Origin: Paracoccaceae bacterium
GTDB lineage: Bacteria > Pseudomonadota > Alphaproteobacteria > Rhodobacterales > Rhodobacteraceae
Direction: 5' to 3'
DNA: 27,511 bases
NCBI GenBank assembly: GCA_006227805.1
Contig: SBFT01000290.1
Location: forward strand, 1 to 27,511
Position numbers and translations under genes: made by a program. This document shows positions 8,938-17,097 of this stretch, piece by piece. Under the pieces are notes generated by a model. The model was given only the letters and a program-made list of their open reading frames with translations. It was not told the origin of the DNA and made no database searches. Positions within the stretch are counted from its first letter, which is position 1, and the number at the start of each line of letters is the position of its first letter.

Positions 8938-10107
8938 ATGAACATCCTGCCCGCCATCGAGAATGCCAGGCCCGAACTCGAGGCCATCTTCAAGGACCTG
9001 CACGCCAACCCGGAAATCGGCTTCACCGAGACGCGCACCGCCGCCGTCGTGGCCGAAAAGCTGCGCGCCTATGGCGTCGACGAAGTGCACGAGGGGATCG
9101 GCAAGACCGGCGTCGTGGCCCTGATCCGGGGCAAGGGCGACGGCAACCGCCGCGTGGGCCTGCGCGCCGACATGGACGCCCTGCCCATCCACGAGGAAAC
9201 GGGCCTGCCCTATGCCTCGACCCGGCCCGGCGTCATGCATGCCTGCGGCCATGACGGGCATACCACGATGCTTCTGGGCGCGGCCAAGCACCTGGCCGAG
9301 ACGCGCGATTTCTCGGGCACCGCGGTCCTGATCTTCCAGCCCGCGGAGGAAGGCCTGGGCGGCGCGCGCGGAATGCTGGCGGACGGCCTTTTCGAGCGGT
9401 TTCCCTGCGACGAGGTCTACGGGATGCACAACTGGCCCAACGGCGCCCCCGGCAAGTTCGGGATCGTGAAGGGCGCGGCGATGGCGGGGGCCAGCTTTTT
9501 CGACATCCACATCAAGGGCAAGGGCAGCCACGGGGCGATGCCGCAGGACAGCCGCGACCCCCTGATCGTGGCCAGCGCCCTGGTGGGACAGATCCAGACC
9601 ATCGTGTCGCGCAACATCGCGCCGCTCGACGCCTGCGTGGTGTCGGTGACGCAGATCCACTCGGGATCGGCCTACAACGTCGTGCCCGACACCGCTTCGC
9701 TGGCGGGCACGATCCGCTATTTCAAGGACGAGGTCTGCGCACTGGCCGAGCGGCGGATGCAGGAGCTCTGCGACGGGGTGGCCATGGCCTACGGCGTCCA
9801 GATCACCCTGCACCTGCGCAACATCTTCAACGTGCTGCAGAACGACGCCGACCTGTCGGACGCCTACATGGAAGCCGCGGGCGACATCGTGGGCGAGGAG
9901 AACGTGACCCTGCGCACTGAACCCGTCACCGGATCCGAGGACTTCGCCGACATGCTGCGCGTGGTGCCGGGGGCCTATTGCACGCTGGGCCATCTGGGCA
10001 CGGTGCCGGTGCACAATCCGGGCTATGTCCTCGACCCCGGCATCTTGCCGGTCGGGGCCTCGATCCTGGCGCGGATCGTGGAACGGCGGCTGGCACCGGT
10101 GGCGTGA
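8938..10107 (+). CDS. M20 family amidohydrolase (M20D, hippurate hydrolase/aminoacylase-like)
   Basis: LHANPEIGF, LRADMDALPI, MHACGHDGHT, FQPAEEG, GMHNWP, GSEDF, HNPGY. Confidence 0.93.
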   Translation: MNILPAIENARPELEAIFKDLHANPEIGFTETRTAAVVAEKLRAYGVDEVHEGIGKTGVVALIRGKGDGNRRVGLRADMDALPIHEETGLPYASTRPGVMHACGHDGHTTMLLGAAKHLAETRDFSGTAVLIFQPAEEGLGGARGMLADGLFERFPCDEVYGMHNWPNGAPGKFGIVKGAAMAGASFFDIHIKGKGSHGAMPQDSRDPLIVASALVGQIQTIVSRNIAPLDACVVSVTQIHSGSAYNVVPDTASLAGTIRYFKDEVCALAERRMQELCDGVAMAYGVQITLHLRNIFNVLQNDADLSDAYMEAAGDIVGEENVTLRTEPVTGSEDFADMLRVVPGAYCTLGHLGTVPVHNPGYVLDPGILPVGASILARIVERRLAPVA

Positions 10108-11240
10108 TGACATCCTATCTCGATCTCCCGTTCGACATCGACACCATGCTGGCGGGCCTGCGCCCCTGGATCGAATGCGAAAGCCCCACCTTCGACGCCG
10201 CCGCCGTCAACCGCATGATGAGCCTCGCGTCCTATGATCTGTCCCAACTGGGCACGGTCGAACGCATCCCTGGCCGCATGGGCTTCGGCGACAGCCTGCG
10301 CGTGCGCCTGCCCCATCCCCATGCGGGCCAGCCCGGCATCCTGATCGCGGGGCACATGGACACGGTCCATCCCGTGGGCACGCTGGCCAGGCTGCCCTTC
10401 CGGCGCGACGGCGACGTCTGCTATGGCCCCGGCATCCAGGACATGAAGGGCGGCAATTTCTGCGCGGTCGAGGCCCTGCGCCAGCTGGCCCGCGCGGGGA
10501 TGCAGACCCCCCTGCCCGTCACGATCCTGTTCACGCCGGACGAGGAGGTGGGCACGCCCTCGACCCGCGAACTGATCGAGGCCGAGGCCGCGCGCAACCG
10601 CTACGTGCTGATCCCCGAACCCGCCATGCCGGACGGAGGCGTGGTGATCGGGCGCTATGCGATCGCGCGCTTCAACCTGCGCACCATCGGACGGCCCAGC
10701 CATGCCGGCGCGCGGCCGGGCGACGGCCGCTCGGCGATCGCCGCGATGGCCAGGCGCATCCTTCAGATCGAGGCGATGACCGGCCCCGACTGCACCTTCA
10801 GCGTGGGCGTGATCCATGCCGGGCAATGGGTGAACTGCGTCTCCTCCAGCTGCGAGGCCGAGGCGCTCAGCATGGCCAAGCGGCAGGAGGACCTGGACGA
10901 CGGCGTGGCGCGGATGCTGGCCCTGTCGGGCGAGGCGGACGAGGTCGTCTTCGAGGTGACGCGCGGCGTGACGCGGCCTGTCTGGCAACCCGACCAGCCC
11001 GGCACGATGCAGATGTATGCGCTTGCGCGCGAGATCGCGGGCGAGATCGGCTTCGATCTGTCCTGCGGCAGCGCGGGCGGCGGCTCGGACGGGAACTTCA
11101 CCGGGGCGATGGGGATTCCGACGCTCGATTCGCTGGGCGTGCGCGGGCGCGGCCTGCACACCCTGACCGAGAACATCGACGTCGCCAGCCTGCCGGAACG
11201 GGCCCGCCTGATGGCCGGGCTGATGATGCGGCTGGGCTGA
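10107..11240 (+). CDS. M20 family peptidase, glutamate carboxypeptidase (CPG2)-like
   Basis: GHMDTV, GPGIQDMKGG, PDEEVG, PEP, GRPSHAG, GGGSDGNF, GRGLH. ATG 10107 overlaps the upstream TGA (TGATG). No signal peptide. Confidence 0.88.
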   Translation: MTSYLDLPFDIDTMLAGLRPWIECESPTFDAAAVNRMMSLASYDLSQLGTVERIPGRMGFGDSLRVRLPHPHAGQPGILIAGHMDTVHPVGTLARLPFRRDGDVCYGPGIQDMKGGNFCAVEALRQLARAGMQTPLPVTILFTPDEEVGTPSTRELIEAEAARNRYVLIPEPAMPDGGVVIGRYAIARFNLRTIGRPSHAGARPGDGRSAIAAMARRILQIEAMTGPDCTFSVGVIHAGQWVNCVSSSCEAEALSMAKRQEDLDDGVARMLALSGEADEVVFEVTRGVTRPVWQPDQPGTMQMYALAREIAGEIGFDLSCGSAGGGSDGNFTGAMGIPTLDSLGVRGRGLHTLTENIDVASLPERARLMAGLMMRLG

Positions 11241-11371
11241 AACGGCGCGGGCCGCGCCCCCGAAGCCGCCTTGAACTCCGGGGCCGGAAAGCGTTTCATC
11301 CGCGCGACCTCGGCCCATGGCGCATGCCTTCGCCCCGGGGGACCCAGACCCTTTCCTAGAAGGATGTCCCC

Positions 11372-13663
11372 ATGAAATTCCGCTTTCCCATCATCATCAT
11401 CGACGAGGACTTCCGCTCGGAGAACTCCTCCGGCCTGGGCATCCGCGCCATGGCCAAGGCCATCGAGGACGAGGGCTTCGAAGTGGTGGGCGTCACCAGC
11501 TATGGCGACCTGTCGCAATTCGCCCAGCAGCAATCGCGCGCCAGCGCCTTCGTCCTGTCGATCGACGACGAGGAATTCACCCCCGGCCCCGATCTCGATC
11601 CGGCGGTGGTCAACCTGCGCAACTTCATCGAGGAAGTGCGCTGGAAGAACGCCGAGGTACCGATCTATGTCTATGGCGAGACCAAGACCAGCCGCCATCT
11701 GCCCAACGACATCCTGCGCGAGCTGCACGGCTTCATCCACATGTTCGAGGACACGCCGGAATTCGTCGCGCGCCACATCCTGCGCGAGGCGAAAAGCTAT
11801 ATCGAGAGCATCCAGCCCCCCTTCTTCAAGGCACTGGTCGATTATGCCGGGGACGGGTCCTATTCCTGGCATTGCCCGGGCCATTCCGGCGGCGTCGCCT
11901 TCCTGAAAAGCCCCGTGGGGCAGATGTATCACCAGTTCTACGGCGAGAACATGCTGCGCGCGGATGTCTGCAACTCGGTCGAGGAGCTGGGCCAGCTGCT
12001 CGACCACAACGGCGCCATCGGCGCCTCCGAACGCAACGCCGCGCGGATCTTCAACGCCGATCACTGCTTTTTCGTGACGAACGGGACCTCGACCTCGAAC
12101 AAGATGGTCTGGCACCACACGGTGGTCCCCGGCGACGTGGTGGTGGTGGACCGCAACTGCCACAAGTCGATCCTGCACTCGATCATCATGACCGGCGCGA
12201 TCCCGGTCTTCCTGAAGCCCACGCGCAACCATTACGGCATCATCGGCCCGATCCAGCAGCGTGAATTCGAGATCGAGACCATCCGCGAGAAGATCCGCCA
12301 GAACCCGCTTCTGGCCCATGTGGACGCCGACACGGTCAGGCCGCGCATCCTGGCGCTGACGCAATCGACCTATGACGGGGTGCTCTACAACACCGAGACG
12401 ATCAAGACCCTGCTCGACGGCCATGTCGAGAACCTGCATTTCGACGAGGCCTGGCTGCCGCACGCCGCCTTCCACCCCTTCTATGGCACCTATCACGCGA
12501 TGGGCCGCAAGCGCGCGCGCCCGCGCCAGTCGGTGACCTATGCCACCCAGTCGATCCACAAGCTGCTGGCCGGGATCAGCCAGGCCAGCCATATCCTGGT
12601 GCAGGACAGCCAGGAGACGAAACTGGACCGGCATCTCTTCAACGAAGCCTACCTGATGCACATCTCGACCAGTCCGCAATATTCGATCATCGCCAGCTGC
12701 GACGTGGCCGCCGCGATGATGGAGCCACCGGGCGGAACCGCGCTGGTCGAGGAAAGCCTGCTCGAGGCGATGGATTTCCGCCGCGCCATGCGCAAGGTCG
12801 AGGCTGAATACGGGGCCGAGGACTGGTGGTTCCGGGTCTGGGGCCCGGACGCGCCCGAGGAGGAAGGCATCGGCGAACAGCGCCCCTGGGTCCTGCGCCG
12901 CACCGATACCGACGGCATCCAGAAGGCCGACGGCAAGGAAAGCTGGCACGCCTTCGGCGACATGTCCCCGGGCTTCAACATGCTGGACCCGATCAAGGCG
13001 ACGCTGATCACGCCGGGCCTGCGCATCGACGGTCATTTCGAGGACACCGGCATCCCTGCCTCGATCGTGACCAAATACCTGGCCGAACATGGCGTGGTGG
13101 TCGAGAAGACCGGCCTCTACAGCTTCTTCATCATGTTCACGATCGGGATCACCAAGGGGCGCTGGAACACGCTTCTGGCGGACCTGCAGCAGTTCAAGGA
13201 CGATTACGCCAGGAACCAGCCGCTCTGGCGCTGCATGCCGGAATTCTGCGCCAGGCATCCCAGATACGAGAAGATGGGCCTGCGCGACCTGTGCCAGCAT
13301 GTGCACCGGCTTTACGCCAAATACGACGTCGCGATCCTGTCGACCGAGATGTATCTCAGCGACCTCACCCCGATGATGACGCCCAGCGAGGCCTATGCCC
13401 ACATCGCGCGGCGCAGCACGGAACGGGTGCCGATCGACGATCTGGAAGGCCGCGTCACGACCAGCCTGGTGACACCCTATCCCCCCGGCATTCCGCTTCT
13501 GGTTCCGGGCGAGGTCTTCAACCGCAGGATCGTGGACTACCTGAAGTTCAACCGCGAATTCGCGCGCGAATGCCCGGGCTTCGAGACCGACATTCACGGA
13601 TTGGTCCAGGAAACCGGCGCGGACGGCGTGGTGCGCTACTACGCCGATTGCGTCGCGGCCTGA
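11372..13663 (+). CDS. Fold-type I PLP-dependent lysine/ornithine/arginine decarboxylase with N-terminal wing (receiver-like) domain
   Basis: WHCPGHSGG, FVTNGTSTSNK, VDRNCHKS, TQSTYDG, HFDEAW, TQSIHKL (PLP lysine), STSPQY, PYPPGIPLLVPGE. SD-like AGAAGGA upstream. Substrate cannot be assigned from the sequence alone. Confidence 0.93.
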   Translation: MKFRFPIIIIDEDFRSENSSGLGIRAMAKAIEDEGFEVVGVTSYGDLSQFAQQQSRASAFVLSIDDEEFTPGPDLDPAVVNLRNFIEEVRWKNAEVPIYVYGETKTSRHLPNDILRELHGFIHMFEDTPEFVARHILREAKSYIESIQPPFFKALVDYAGDGSYSWHCPGHSGGVAFLKSPVGQMYHQFYGENMLRADVCNSVEELGQLLDHNGAIGASERNAARIFNADHCFFVTNGTSTSNKMVWHHTVVPGDVVVVDRNCHKSILHSIIMTGAIPVFLKPTRNHYGIIGPIQQREFEIETIREKIRQNPLLAHVDADTVRPRILALTQSTYDGVLYNTETIKTLLDGHVENLHFDEAWLPHAAFHPFYGTYHAMGRKRARPRQSVTYATQSIHKLLAGISQASHILVQDSQETKLDRHLFNEAYLMHISTSPQYSIIASCDVAAAMMEPPGGTALVEESLLEAMDFRRAMRKVEAEYGAEDWWFRVWGPDAPEEEGIGEQRPWVLRRTDTDGIQKADGKESWHAFGDMSPGFNMLDPIKATLITPGLRIDGHFEDTGIPASIVTKYLAEHGVVVEKTGLYSFFIMFTIGITKGRWNTLLADLQQFKDDYARNQPLWRCMPEFCARHPRYEKMGLRDLCQHVHRLYAKYDVAILSTEMYLSDLTPMMTPSEAYAHIARRSTERVPIDDLEGRVTTSLVTPYPPGIPLLVPGEVFNRRIVDYLKFNREFARECPGFETDIHGLVQETGADGVVRYYADCVAA

Positions 13664-13697
13664 GCCGCGCAAGCCGGGATCGCGGCGTGAGCCGCGC
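13653..13697. repeat. Tandem 18-bp near-identical repeat, each copy a hairpin, between converging genes
   Basis: TCGCGGCCTGAGCCGCGC (13653-13670) and TCGCGGCGTGAGCCGCGC (13680-13697), 17/18 identical. Each folds as CGCGGC-loop-GCCGCG. Confidence 0.7.
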
Positions 13698-13706
13698 GGC
13701 GCGCGA

Positions 13707-14042
13707 TCAGTCGCGCGGGTCCTGCGTGTCGAGCTGGGCATCCGCCTCGGCGATGCCCCAGGGCTTGATCCCCATGCGCAAGGCCGCGCGCCCGATCATG
13801 TGCGCCCCGATGGGTGCCGTCAGCAGCAGGAAGATCACGATCAGCACGCAACGCAGCACCACGCCCGCGTCGGCGAAATGCAGCGCCACGCCCGCCAGCA
13901 CCAGGCCCGATCCCAGCGTGCCGACCTTGGTGGCCGCGTGCATCCGGATGTAGACATCCGGCAGGCGAAAGACGCCGATCCCCGCCACGACGATGAAGAT
14001 CGCGCCCGAGAAGATCAGGAAAGCGGTCAGGGCCTCGATCAT
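13707..14042 (-). CDS. mrpG: Mrp/Pha/Mnh cation:H+ antiporter subunit G
   Basis: From ATG 14042: MIEALTAFLIFSG...GIGVFRLPDVYIRMHAATKVGTLG...FLLLTAPIGAHMIGRAA. ATGA overlap with mrpF. Confidence 0.93.
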   Translation of the reverse strand: MIEALTAFLIFSGAIFIVVAGIGVFRLPDVYIRMHAATKVGTLGSGLVLAGVALHFADAGVVLRCVLIVIFLLLTAPIGAHMIGRAALRMGIKPWGIAEADAQLDTQDPRD

Positions 14043-14338
14043 GGCTGGTTCTCCGCATCCTCGCGCCGCAGGACCTGGCGCTCGGCGAAGCGGGCCAGCG
14101 CGACGGTCGCCAGAAAGCCCACCAGGGCCAGCACCAACGCCACGTCGAGGAAGGTGGAATCCCCCGACCGGATCGCGGCCAGTCCGCAGAAGGCGACGAT
14201 GGCCACCGTCATCATGTCCAGCGCCACGATGCGGTCCGCCAGGCTGGGTCCGACGGCCAGGCGCCAGCCCGCGAAGGCGACCGAGGCGAAGACCGCGACG
14301 AAACCCAGCGTCACTGCCCAATACAGAAGCTCGGTCAT
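14039..14338 (-). CDS. mrpF: Mrp antiporter subunit F
   Basis: From ATG 14338: MTELLYWAV...RLAVGPSLADRIVALD...LDVALVLALVGFLATVALARF. ATGA overlap with mrpE. Confidence 0.93.
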   Translation of the reverse strand: MTELLYWAVTLGFVAVFASVAFAGWRLAVGPSLADRIVALDMMTVAIVAFCGLAAIRSGDSTFLDVALVLALVGFLATVALARFAERQVLRREDAENQP

Positions 14339-14820
14339 GTCCTGTCCTCCACGGCGTCGATCACCCATTTCTCCATCCCCGATTTCAGGGCGCGGGTCAC
14401 GGCCTCGGGGTCGTCCGCGAACATCGCGTGCACCTTCAGGGTCTTGCGGTCGGGGCTGACATCGATGCTCAGCGTGCCGGGCGTCAGCGAGATCAGGTTC
14501 GTCACCAGAAGGATGCCGGTATCGGTCTTCACGTCCAGCGGAACGTCGATGATCGCGGGCCGCGCGCGGTGGCGCGGCGTGACCACGTCCCAGAACACCT
14601 GGAAGCTCGACACGATCAGTTCGTAATGGAACAGCACGATCAGCTTCAGCCAGTACCAGACCCGCAGGAAATAGCTCGAGCGCGTGCCCGTCAGCGGCTG
14701 AAGCAGCCACAGCGTCACGTAGCCCACGACCAGTCCCGAGAGGACTGTCAGCCAGGTGAAGCCCCCGAAGAGCAGCGCCCAGGCGGCGGCCATGACCAGG
14801 TTTGCCGCGAAATGGCTCAT
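14335..14820 (-). CDS. mrpE: Mrp antiporter subunit E
   Basis: RPAIIDVPLD, NLISLTPGTLSIDVS, LKVHAM. ATGA overlap with mrpD. Confidence 0.94.
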   Translation of the reverse strand: MSHFAANLVMAAAWALLFGGFTWLTVLSGLVVGYVTLWLLQPLTGTRSSYFLRVWYWLKLIVLFHYELIVSSFQVFWDVVTPRHRARPAIIDVPLDVKTDTGILLVTNLISLTPGTLSIDVSPDRKTLKVHAMFADDPEAVTRALKSGMEKWVIDAVEDRT

Positions 14821-16316
14821 GCGTCACCTCCCAGAACGGCGGCCAGATAGGCGCTGGGATCCAGAAGCTGGGCCGCCGCGCGTTCGGCGAAGACGACGAA
14901 GGGTTCCGGGAAGAAGCCGATCACCAGCGTCAGGGCCGCCAGCGCCGCGATGGGCAGGAGAAGCGGCCGCATCTGCGCGCGCGGCACGCGCGACATCACG
15001 GGATCGATCCCCTCGGGATGGGCCTTCCAGAACGCCTCGGCCCAGATCTTGGTCATCGAGTAGATCGTCAGAAGGCCCACGACCAGCGCGACGCCCGCAA
15101 GGACCCAGGCCTCGACCTCGAGCGAGGCCGCGACCAGCACGTATTTCGCCCAGAAGCCCGACAGCGGCGGAAAGCCCGCCAGCGAAAAGGCCGGGATCAG
15201 GAACAGGACGGCCAGCAGGGGCGCGGACTTGTAGAGGCCCCCGATCTTCGGCAACTCGGTCGATCCGGTCAGGCGTTCGACCACGCCGCCGACCAGGAAC
15301 AGGTTCGCCTTCACGATGATGTGGTGGACCAGGTAGAAGACCGCGCCCGCCACCGCCAGAGGCGTCAGCAGCGCCAGGCCCAGGATCATGTAGCCGATCT
15401 GGCTGACGATGTGGAAGGACAGGATCTTGCGGATGTCGTTCTGCGCCGCCGCCCCAAGGACGCCCGTGATCATCGTCAGCGCCGCCACCCAGAGAAGGAT
15501 GTCATGGGTGAAGCCCACGTCGCCGTTGAAGACCAGCGTGAACATCCGGATCAGCGCATAGACGCCCACCTTGGTCAGCAGGCCGGCGAAGACCGCCGAG
15601 ACCGAGAAGGCCGGCGTGTGATAGGCGGCGGGCAGCCAGAAGAACAGCGGAAAGACCGCCGCCTTCACCCCGAAGGCGATCATGAACATCACCGCGACGA
15701 CCGTGACCAGCCCCTGGTTTTCCAGCTGCGGCACCGTGCGCGCCAGGTCCGCCATGTTCAGCGTGCCCGTCATGCCATAGAGCAGGCCCACCCCGGCCAG
15801 GAACAGGATGGTCGAGATCAGGTTCAGCGTGACGTATTTCACCCCCCCGTCGATCTGTTCGCGCCGCCCGCCCAGGACCAGAAGCCCGAAGGACGAGATC
15901 AGCATGACCTCGAACCAGACATAGAGGTTGAAGAGGTCGCCCGTCAGGAACGCGCCGACGACGCCGCCGATCAGCACGTTGAACAGCGCGTGATAGCCCA
16001 GATACTCGGCCCGCTCGCCGATGTCGGACAAGGCATAGACCGACACCGCCAGCGCCGTGATCGCGGTGATCACGACCATGACCGCGCCCAGCAGATCGGC
16101 CACCAGCGTGATCCCGAAGGGCGCGGCCCATTGGCCCATCTGCCCCGCGATCACGCCCTCGCGCAGCACCTGCTGCATCAGCGCGGCTGCGGCCAGCAAC
16201 AGAAGGACATTGCCGCCCACGCTGATCCAGCGCCCGGCCGGTCCCATGCGCAACAGGAAGGACAGCACCGCCGTCAGGAAGGGCAGCACCAGCGGTGTAG
16301 CAAGATACCAGCTCAC
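14817..16316 (-). CDS. mrpD: Mrp antiporter subunit D
   Basis: GTG start. LTGDLFNLYVWFEVML, FGVKAAVFPLFFWLPAAY, LLTKVGVYA, KILSFHIVSQIG, GFPPLSGFWAK. Confidence 0.95.
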   Translation of the reverse strand: MSWYLATPLVLPFLTAVLSFLLRMGPAGRWISVGGNVLLLLAAAALMQQVLREGVIAGQMGQWAAPFGITLVADLLGAVMVVITAITALAVSVYALSDIGERAEYLGYHALFNVLIGGVVGAFLTGDLFNLYVWFEVMLISSFGLLVLGGRREQIDGGVKYVTLNLISTILFLAGVGLLYGMTGTLNMADLARTVPQLENQGLVTVVAVMFMIAFGVKAAVFPLFFWLPAAYHTPAFSVSAVFAGLLTKVGVYALIRMFTLVFNGDVGFTHDILLWVAALTMITGVLGAAAQNDIRKILSFHIVSQIGYMILGLALLTPLAVAGAVFYLVHHIIVKANLFLVGGVVERLTGSTELPKIGGLYKSAPLLAVLFLIPAFSLAGFPPLSGFWAKYVLVAASLEVEAWVLAGVALVVGLLTIYSMTKIWAEAFWKAHPEGIDPVMSRVPRAQMRPLLLPIAALAALTLVIGFFPEPFVVFAERAAAQLLDPSAYLAAVLGGDA

Positions 16317-16678
16317 GTCCGGGCATCCTCGCGCGGTTCGGCGACGCGCATCTCGTCGCTGTTGAGGGTCCCGAGCGAGGTATAGGCGCGGAACACCAGC
16401 ACCAGGGCGAAGGCGAAGAGACCGAAGCCGATCACGATGGCCGTCAGCACCAGCGCCTGCGGCAGCGCGTTCGCGACGGTCCCGACCGGCGCGTCGAGGC
16501 CTTCCGGGACCAGGGGCGGCTTGCCTTCGGTCAGGCGTCCGGCGGTGAAGATCGTCAGGTTGGCGGCGTTCGAGATCAGCACCAGCCCGAAGATGAAGCG
16601 CAGCACGTTGCGCGCCAGCATCAGGTAGACCGAGGCCGCGACCAGCACGCCGATGGTGATGGCGAGAAGGGCTTCCAT
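16313..16678 (-). CDS. mrpC: Mrp antiporter subunit C
   Basis: From ATG 16678: MEALLAITIG...YLMLARN...LISNAANL...ANALPQALVLTAIVIGFG. Confidence 0.94.
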   Translation of the reverse strand: MEALLAITIGVLVAASVYLMLARNVLRFIFGLVLISNAANLTIFTAGRLTEGKPPLVPEGLDAPVGTVANALPQALVLTAIVIGFGLFAFALVLVFRAYTSLGTLNSDEMRVAEPREDART

Positions 16679-17097
16679 CAGATCTCCTCCTCCATCGCGA
16701 AGACCAGTGTCAGAACCGATCCGAACACGACGAGGTAGACCCCGATGTCGAAGACGAGGACCGTGGACAGCGGCAGGCCCTTGTCCGTCTCGGTGGCCCC
16801 CAGGAACAGCCATTGCCCGGTGAACAGCGCGTCCCCGAAGAGCGCGGCCGCGATCCCCGCCAGAAGCGCGATGCCAAGGCCCGCGACGGCGATGTTCTGC
16901 GGCAGGACACGCAAGGCGCGGCGCGCGTCCCCGGTGCCGCAGGCGATGGCATAGAGGACAAAGCCGGTCGACCCGATCAGGCCGCCGATGAAACCGCCGC
17001 CCGGCTCGTTGTGGCCGCGCAGCAGCATGTAGACCGAGAACAGCAGCAACAGCCCCGACAAGGCCCGCGTGCCGGCCTGCAGGATCACGGAATTCAC
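16678..17097 (-). CDS. mrpB: Mrp antiporter subunit B
   Basis: From GTG 17097 (GTGA overlap with the mrpA stop): NSVILQAGTR...LRGHNEPGGGFIGGL...FDIGVYLVVFG. Confidence 0.92.
   Translation of the reverse strand: MNSVILQAGTRALSGLLLLFSVYMLLRGHNEPGGGFIGGLIGSTGFVLYAIACGTGDARRALRVLPQNIAVAGLGIALLAGIAAALFGDALFTGQWLFLGATETDKGLPLSTVLVFDIGVYLVVFGSVLTLVFAMEEEI

Noticed and set aside
11317-12264. ORF starting upstream of the decarboxylase as a leader peptide or frameshift partner
   Set aside because: It is a 315-aa off-frame overlap without motifs, and the decarboxylase has its own SD and an intact N-terminus.
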